Shown one piece after another: positions 58,617 through 64,000 of a stretch of DNA of 64,000 nucleotides. A program made the translations under genes and the position numbers. The notes beneath the pieces were generated by a model, which saw only the letters and a program-made list of their open reading frames with translations, was not told the DNA's origin and did no database searches. How positions within the stretch are numbered: position 1 is the first letter of the stretch; each line of letters starts with the position of its first letter. Source of the stretch: Candidatus Aenigmatarchaeota archaeon (GTDB lineage Archaea > Aenigmatarchaeota > Aenigmatarchaeia > QMZP01 > JAFGSV01); contig JAGGXP010000020.1 in assembly GCA_021163005.1 (NCBI GenBank), forward strand, positions 164 to 64,163. The letters run 5' to 3'.

Positions 58617-58646
58617 GCTTTCACTTAAAGAAGTGCCACACGGCTT

Positions 58647-59087
58647 TTAAAGGTTCTCCGGCAGTGTGACATCATCGCCCGGGCTGAAGTCATATGCCTC
58701 TCCGGCATTCACCTCAAGCACGTACCTTGCATATGCCGGTGGTGTTATGCTGGGGCATGGCTGGAGTGGTTCGCAGGGCTGGGTGTAGCTGCTTATGTAA
58801 ACTATTTTCCCCTCTCCGCTTATCCATACAATGTCGAGAGGGAACTTCATATCCTTCATCCAGAACGAGTAGTTCCTCTCTTCGGGAAATACAAAAAGCA
58901 TGCCGGTTCCCTTTGCAAGCGACTGTACTCCCATCAGGCCTTTCTGCCTCGCTTCAGGGGTGGCTGCCAAAGTAACGTGGAAGCACTTTCCGCTTATGCA
59001 GACGTCTGTCTTCTTTTCACTTGTGCATCCTGATGTCAGCAGCAGAGCAACAAAAACCAGAATCATCCATTTCATTCTATCACTCAT
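58647..59087 (-). CDS. DUF192 (COG1430) lipoprotein
   Basis: Lipobox LLTSGC, and FPLDIVWI typical of DUF192. Confidence 0.6.
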   Translation of the reverse strand: MSDRMKWMILVFVALLLTSGCTSEKKTDVCISGKCFHVTLAATPEARQKGLMGVQSLAKGTGMLFVFPEERNYSFWMKDMKFPLDIVWISGEGKIVYISSYTQPCEPLQPCPSITPPAYARYVLEVNAGEAYDFSPGDDVTLPENL

Positions 59088-60711
59088 GCTTTGCAGCTAT
59101 GGGAATTCTGCGCCCCTGACCAAAGGCCTTGGATGTGACCTTGAGTCCCGGCGGCGCCTGCTTTCTCTTGTACTCATTCCTGTTGACAGCTTTCACGATC
59201 CAGTCAACTGTGTCTGCGTCAAAGCCCATGCGTTTTATCTCATCAGGGCTGGCGCCCTCATCGACATAGTGATGCAGTATGCCATCAAGTATGTCGTAAG
59301 GCGGCAGTGTGTCCTGGTCTTTCTGGTCAGGCCTGAGCTCAGCAGACGGCGGCTTTGTGATGGTGCTCTTTGGTATGACCGCATTGTCCCTGTTTATGTA
59401 TTCTGCAAGTCTGTAGACCATTGTCTTCGGGACATCAGATATAACAGAAAGCCCGCCGCTCATGTCACCGTAAAGGGTGCAGTAGCCGACAGCCATTTCA
59501 CTCTTGTTGCCTGTTGAAAGCACTATGTGGCCGAACTTGTTGGAAAATGCCATAAGGATGTTTCCCCTTATTCGTGCCTGTATGTTCTCCTCTGTCACGC
59601 CTGCCTTGGTGCCCCTGAAATGGGGTGAAAGCGTCTTAAGGTAGGCATCGTGTATCGCCTTTATCGGTATAACCCTGAAATCTATGCCAAGGTTTTCCGC
59701 GAGGGTCCTTGAGTCATCTACGCTTCCCGCGGAAGAGAACTTTGACGGCATTGATATGCCTGTGACGTTCTTTTTTCCGAGTGCCCTGACAGCGAGCGTG
59801 CATGTGACAGCAGAGTCTATGCCGCCTGAAAGCCCCACTACAGCCTTGCTGAAGCCGCACTTCCTGAAGTAGTCCTTTATGCCAAGAACAAGAGCTTTTT
59901 CGAGTGTCTCCATCACATCGTCTGGTCTGTACCCCGCACTTCCTGAAGCATCTGTATCTATGGTTGCGACATGTTCCTCAAAGGCCGGAAGTGCTTTCAC
60001 CAGCCGCCCTGAACTGTCAACAAAGAAACTCCTTCCGTCAAATATGATTTCATCATTTGCGCCCGTCTGGTTGACATAGACAAAAGGCACTTTGCGCCGC
60101 TTTGCATGCGTGCCTATGAGCCTGAAGCGCACCTTCTCCTTTTCAAGATGGAAGGGGGACGCGGATATGTTAATCATTAATGTTGCGCCTTTGCCGGCAA
60201 GAGCCTCAATGGGGTCAGTCGCATACTGTTTCCTGTGCCACAGCTCCGAGTCGTTCCAGGCATCCTCACATACAGAAATGCCCAGCTTCTCGCCCATGAA
60301 ATCGACAACATCTATTGACTTTGCAGGCTCAAAATACCTCGCCTCGTCAAAGACGTCGTATGTGGGCAGCAGGGACTTGTGCTGCACCATAAGCATTTTC
60401 CCGTTCTGCATCAGAACGGCTGCGTTATACAATTCCATGCCCTCGTTGCTGTTTCTAACAGGAGCGCCGAAAAGTATTCCTGTTTTCGGAAAGCGTCTGG
60501 AGAACTCGGTTATGGAGGCTACTGCTTTTTCCACCCTTCCGATGAAACCGTGCTTCTCAAGCAGGTCCCTTGGAGGGTATCCTGTTATGAACATTTCCGG
60601 AAACACTACTATATCTGACTTAGCATTTGCCTCCACCGTGTCCATGAGTTTTTTGACATTACCGCCTATGTCTCCGACAGTGGGGTTCAGCTGAGCCATG
60701 GTTATTTTCAT
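59080..60711 (-). CDS. nadE: glutamine-dependent NAD+ synthetase (CN-hydrolase + NAD synthase domains)
   Basis: Nitrilase-type N-terminal domain (VVFPEMFITGYP) and the SGGIDS PP-loop. Confidence 0.85.
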   Translation of the reverse strand: MKITMAQLNPTVGDIGGNVKKLMDTVEANAKSDIVVFPEMFITGYPPRDLLEKHGFIGRVEKAVASITEFSRRFPKTGILFGAPVRNSNEGMELYNAAVLMQNGKMLMVQHKSLLPTYDVFDEARYFEPAKSIDVVDFMGEKLGISVCEDAWNDSELWHRKQYATDPIEALAGKGATLMINISASPFHLEKEKVRFRLIGTHAKRRKVPFVYVNQTGANDEIIFDGRSFFVDSSGRLVKALPAFEEHVATIDTDASGSAGYRPDDVMETLEKALVLGIKDYFRKCGFSKAVVGLSGGIDSAVTCTLAVRALGKKNVTGISMPSKFSSAGSVDDSRTLAENLGIDFRVIPIKAIHDAYLKTLSPHFRGTKAGVTEENIQARIRGNILMAFSNKFGHIVLSTGNKSEMAVGYCTLYGDMSGGLSVISDVPKTMVYRLAEYINRDNAVIPKSTITKPPSAELRPDQKDQDTLPPYDILDGILHHYVDEGASPDEIKRMGFDADTVDWIVKAVNRNEYKRKQAPPGLKVTSKAFGQGRRIPIAAKHE

Positions 60712-60720
60712 GATTACACC

Positions 60721-62055
60721 TCAAATGCCCATACCAAGCTGCTTGGCTATCTTGGCGAACGGACCGCGTTTGAAGGCTTTTCCGCCCTTTGTCATCTTCA
60801 TTACCTTCTTTATCTGCTTGTAGGACTTCATGAGCTGGCGCACTTCGTGCTCCTTCAGGCCGGAGCCTGCAGCTATTCTTTTTATCCTGCTCGAGTTTAT
60901 CTCGTCCGGATTCTCCCTCTCTTTGGCTGTCATGGAATTGATGGCATGCTCCCATTTCTTCATCATGCCTTCCTGCGCGTCAAGGAAGCCGTCCGGGAGC
61001 TTCTTCTTTATGGCTGAAGAGCCGCCGGGAAGCATGTCAAGCATCTTGCTCATGGAGCCCATGCCCTTCATGGACTTAAGCTGCTCCCGGAAGTCCATCA
61101 TGGTAAATTTGCCTTCAAGCATGCGCTTTGCCGCTTCTTCATTAAGGCCGGCATCCTTTGCCTTCTCCATCAGACCCTCTATGTCGCCGTAGCCGATGAG
61201 CCTTCCTATGAAGCGCTTGGGGTCATAAAGCTCAAGGTCGCCTATCTTTTCTCCTGTCCCTATAAACATGACTTTTGCGCCGGCAGCCCTGCATGCAGCA
61301 AGGGCAGCACCGCCCTTGGCAGTTCCGTCCATCTTCGTGACTATTATTCCTGTTATGCCCACGAGCCTTGAGAATTCAGCCGCCTGCCTGCCTGCATCCT
61401 GTCCCATCTCCGCAGGTATGACAAGAAAAACCTCGTCCGGCTTGACAATTTTGGCGAGTTCCCTGAGTTCCTTTGCGAGCTCGCCGTCAAGGGCGTCCCT
61501 GCCGGCAGAATCGAATATCATCACACCTTCGCGGCTTTTTTTGAGGGCTTCCCTTGCCACGCCTTCGGCACCTTTCCCGTCCCTGTAGACAGTCACTTTA
61601 AGCCGGCTTCCTATCTGTTCAAGCTGCTCCTTGGCGGCTGGCCTGTGAACATCACATGCAACCAGCGCAGGCTGAAGGCCGCGTATCTGGAACCATTTAG
61701 CCAGCTTGCCTGCAGTTGTCGTCTTTCCTGAACCGAAAAGCCCTATGAGCATTATGCGCTGGTTCCTGACAGCAAGCGAGGCCTTCTCAGCGCCAAGAAA
61801 CCACACAAGTTCGTCATAAAGCGTCTTTACCAGAACCTCCTTCATGGTCATTCCTTTCGGAAGCTCTGTCTTGAGTACCGTCTTCTTTATCCTCTCTGTA
61901 AGCTCTGCAACAAGTGTTATGTCAACATCTGCGTGTATAAGCACCCTCTGAAGCTCCAGTATAAGTGATTCCACCTTTTCCTTGTCAACTAGAGAATAGC
62001 CGGTGACCTTGCTGAAAACCTTCTTTAGCGAATCGCCGAATGTGTCAAGAACCAC
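60721..62055 (-). CDS. srp54: signal recognition particle protein SRP54
   Basis: GLFGSGKTTTAGKLA, a DTAGR-like DSAGRD, and a Met-rich M domain. Confidence 0.9.
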   Translation of the reverse strand: MVLDTFGDSLKKVFSKVTGYSLVDKEKVESLILELQRVLIHADVDITLVAELTERIKKTVLKTELPKGMTMKEVLVKTLYDELVWFLGAEKASLAVRNQRIMLIGLFGSGKTTTAGKLAKWFQIRGLQPALVACDVHRPAAKEQLEQIGSRLKVTVYRDGKGAEGVAREALKKSREGVMIFDSAGRDALDGELAKELRELAKIVKPDEVFLVIPAEMGQDAGRQAAEFSRLVGITGIIVTKMDGTAKGGAALAACRAAGAKVMFIGTGEKIGDLELYDPKRFIGRLIGYGDIEGLMEKAKDAGLNEEAAKRMLEGKFTMMDFREQLKSMKGMGSMSKMLDMLPGGSSAIKKKLPDGFLDAQEGMMKKWEHAINSMTAKERENPDEINSSRIKRIAAGSGLKEHEVRQLMKSYKQIKKVMKMTKGGKAFKRGPFAKIAKQLGMGI

Positions 62056-62066
62056 GAAACCACCGC

Positions 62067-62831
62067 CTAGTTTTTGCCTTCAAGTTTGTAGGAAACCACG
62101 CCGTTTTTGGCTTCAACAGCTTCCTTCACCTTCTGGCATCTGTCTTCCAGCATCTCCCGCAGGCCCTTTATGTCCTTCCCGGAAGCCTTTAGCTGGTATT
62201 TTGGTGCTGAGATGTATTTCACCTCAACGCCGTCCTTTGCAGCGCCGAGAAGCGCCTTTTTGATGATATTAAGCCCGTCAGGCTCGTAAGAATGTATGTC
62301 GAGTATTGCCTTTATTTCATATGTCTTCTCGACAAAGTTCTTCTGCGCAATGTTTATTATCTCATCGGCCCATTTGCTGTCTATGCCCTTTTCTTTCAAC
62401 AGGCCTGGATTCTTGAGCGCAATTTCAAATGTCTTGTTCAGGGAACCGAATTTGTCCTGAAGCTCATAACCCACTTCCTCGTAAACATCATCGAGGGACT
62501 TGCCCATTTTCTTGCCAATCTGTACAAGGAACTTTTCGGCATTTCTTTCCCGTTTGAACTCCTGCAGGCGTCTGTCAGCCTGGTTCCTGTTTACGCGCTT
62601 TATGGACAGGGATATGGAATCGCCTTCAACCCTGCCTACCTTGCATACAAGGAGCTGCCTTTCCTTGACGAACTCGCGTATGTTCTTGACCCATCGTTTG
62701 GCTACCTCAGAAACATGTATCATTCCGCTTCTGTCGTACTCCAGAAGCTTCGCAAATGCGGAGTTGGGATTTATCTTGGTTATCTCACAGACGACCATCT
62801 CGTCCCGTTCCGGCATGCCGCGCTTTCTCAT
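62067..62831 (-). CDS. eif2a: translation initiation factor 2 alpha subunit
   Basis: N-terminal S1 domain (..VVCEITKINPNSAFAKLLEYD..GMIHVSEV). Confidence 0.8.
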   Translation of the reverse strand: MRKRGMPERDEMVVCEITKINPNSAFAKLLEYDRSGMIHVSEVAKRWVKNIREFVKERQLLVCKVGRVEGDSISLSIKRVNRNQADRRLQEFKRERNAEKFLVQIGKKMGKSLDDVYEEVGYELQDKFGSLNKTFEIALKNPGLLKEKGIDSKWADEIINIAQKNFVEKTYEIKAILDIHSYEPDGLNIIKKALLGAAKDGVEVKYISAPKYQLKASGKDIKGLREMLEDRCQKVKEAVEAKNGVVSYKLEGKN

Positions 62832-62878
62832 ACGATAACATAGAGAAGAGGAATATTTAAAAAGGTGCCAAAATCCGT

Positions 62879-63046
62879 TCAGCTAAGCGTCCTGACCTTT
62901 TTGGCTGTTATTTCAGCTGCGCCGCCGGTATTCTTTGCAAGCACTGCGCCGCAGACAAGGCACTTTACCTCGCCGGCAGGCTTTGAGAATATCACCTGCT
63001 CGTTCTTGCATTCTTCACATTTGACTTTTATGAATTCACCTGGCAT
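62879..63046 (-). CDS. rps27e: 30S ribosomal protein S27e (not in ORF track, 55 aa)
   Basis: My manual translation gives MPGEFIKVKCEECKNEQVIFSKPAGEVKCLVCGAVLAKNTGGAAEITAKKVRTLS, which has the C4 Zn-ribbon typical of S27e. The ATG lies 1 nt from the rpl44e stop. Confidence 0.7.
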   Translation of the reverse strand: MPGEFIKVKCEECKNEQVIFSKPAGEVKCLVCGAVLAKNTGGAAEITAKKVRTLS

Positions 63047-63047
63047 G

Positions 63048-63350
63048 TCACTTACCCTTTAATTCGAACTTTTTGACCCTGAATGTTCCCTTGCTCTTTG
63101 TGTGGCTCTTGCTGCATTCCTTGCACTTGAGCCTTATGTCTATCTTTTTGGTGGGCTTTCCGTCACCCTTCGGGTTTGGCCTTGGGAATGATCCGTATCC
63201 CCTGAGCTTGGCCTTGAACCTTCTCTGGGCCTCTGACATGGGCCTTGCCTTGCCCCTTGCCTTTCTGCTGCTTGTGCCGACTGTATGCTCGGTGTGCTTC
63301 CGGCAGTGAGGGCAGTATGTGTTCATGGTTTTCGGGTATTTCATGGTCAA
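63048..63350 (-). CDS. rpl44e: 50S ribosomal protein L44e
   Basis: ..MKYPKTMNTYCPHCRKHTEHT..CKECSK matches the C4 L44e pattern. The true start is probably the Met at 63344. Confidence 0.75.
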   Translation of the reverse strand: MTMKYPKTMNTYCPHCRKHTEHTVGTSSRKARGKARPMSEAQRRFKAKLRGYGSFPRPNPKGDGKPTKKIDIRLKCKECSKSHTKSKGTFRVKKFELKGK

Positions 63351-63423
63351 TCACGTATCTCTAATTATACTGGGTAATGTTAATAAATGTATGGTTTTTA
63401 AAGCTTGTGTATTTTCTCTTTTT

Positions 63424-63738
63424 ATGGATTACACAGGCGAGGTCGAATACGCAGGAAAGATTGTCATGAACAAGACAACTGTGAATACCGGCGTGTGCGT
63501 CGATGTCGCCTACGAGGTCCACAAAATAGTGGGACTCCCTGTTGTCATAGGTTACATCACATCAGGCGGAAAGAAAGTGATGCATGCGCTCAACGAAGAC
63601 CCGGACACAGGAAAATATTACGACATGCACCGGGCCCTTAAAGGGGAGATAGGCTCTGTCAGGATGCCTGCGGGTTCCCCGGAGGCAGGGATGTTCGAGG
63701 TGCTTTTCAGGCCGGATGACACGCCGTTCAGATATTAA
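63424..63738 (+). CDS. hypothetical protein
   Basis: 104 aa from the internal ATG. The upstream portion of the long ORF is hydrophobic and probably not translated. Confidence 0.35.
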   Translation: MDYTGEVEYAGKIVMNKTTVNTGVCVDVAYEVHKIVGLPVVIGYITSGGKKVMHALNEDPDTGKYYDMHRALKGEIGSVRMPAGSPEAGMFEVLFRPDDTPFRY

Positions 63739-63763
63739 TTAACTCACATGACAAGTGATAGTT

Positions 63764-64000
63764 ATGAGAATGCCGGAAATATTCAGGAAGCTGTCCCGCG
63801 GGCCGCAGATTGTCACCCTCAAGGACGCAGGAATCATTGCGGCGTATACAGGATTGTCCCCCGGAGACCTGGTGGTTGACGCAGGCTCCGGCTCCGGATT
63901 CCTTGCGATTTTCATGGGCAACATCGTGAGGCCTGAAGGGAGGGTCGTCTCCTACGAGGTCCGTGAGGATTTTTCAAAGATTGCCGCGCGCAATGTGAAG
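63764..64000 (+). CDS. SAM-dependent methyltransferase, TrmI (tRNA m1A)-like, 3' truncated by window end
   Basis: My translation MRMPEIFRKLSRGPQIVTLKDAGIIAAYTGLSPGDLVVDAGSGSGFL.. has a class I MTase motif I (VDAGSGSG). Confidence 0.5.
   Translation, partial: MRMPEIFRKLSRGPQIVTLKDAGIIAAYTGLSPGDLVVDAGSGSGFLAIFMGNIVRPEGRVVSYEVREDFSKIAARNVK

Noticed and set aside
63319-63423. N-terminal 35 codons of the 63319-63738 ORF.
   Set aside because: The segment is strongly hydrophobic and low-complexity, and it overlaps the rpl44e promoter region on the opposite strand. The internal ATG at 63424 is the more plausible start.

Overview
This window looks like an archaeal chromosomal segment of roughly 50% GC, about 85-90% coding, and mostly housekeeping genes. 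Informational genes I recognise include DnaG primase, a small Toprim protein, RadA, an RPA-like SSB, RadC-like JAB, TFB, RpoF, SRP54, aIF2-alpha, ribosomal S26e/S27e/L44e/L21e, Pus10, the CCA-adding enzyme, RtcB with archease, diphthine synthase, YchF and ABCE1. Central metabolism is represented by the archaeal AMP-salvage trio (ribose-1,5-bisphosphate isomerase, form III RuBisCO, AMP phosphorylase), a bacterial-type iPGM translationally coupled to enolase, ATP-type PEPCK, NadE, and M24 and M42 peptidases. There are two type IV filament loci. The first, at 14.2-18.7 kb, has a FlaI-like ATPase, two pilin-like genes and a FlaJ-like platform split into two back-to-back ORFs. The second, at 30.0-42.7 kb on the minus strand, is the most unusual feature. 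It combines an enlarged FlaI/FlaJ pair, at least four proteins with class III (prepilin-like) signal peptides including an 836-aa Cys-rich protein, and secreted or membrane-anchored proteins with bacterial-type peptidoglycan-hydrolase signatures (SLT lytic transglycosylase, LAS/M15 peptidase, and a possible glucosaminidase-like fold). I interpret this as a candidate pilus-associated murein-degrading apparatus, which would be striking in an organism that should itself lack murein. Downstream lie coiled-coil or proline-rich proteins, four small membrane proteins, and a small operon plus a mini-kinase-like gene that carry duplicated TATA/palindrome promoter regions. Two long noncoding regions (1-718 and 21751-22617) share several repeat modules. 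These include a hairpin with a compensatory base-pair change between copies, an identical 55-nt structured element, and a tRNA-like gene (513-676, minus) with perfect acceptor and T arms interrupted by a structured insertion of about 90 nt; region B carries a degenerate copy of this tRNA-like gene. A 36-bp tandem palindromic repeat lies between dnaG and the M24 peptidase gene. Many ORF-track starts are GTG or TTG, and I moved several starts to better-supported ATG/GTG codons.
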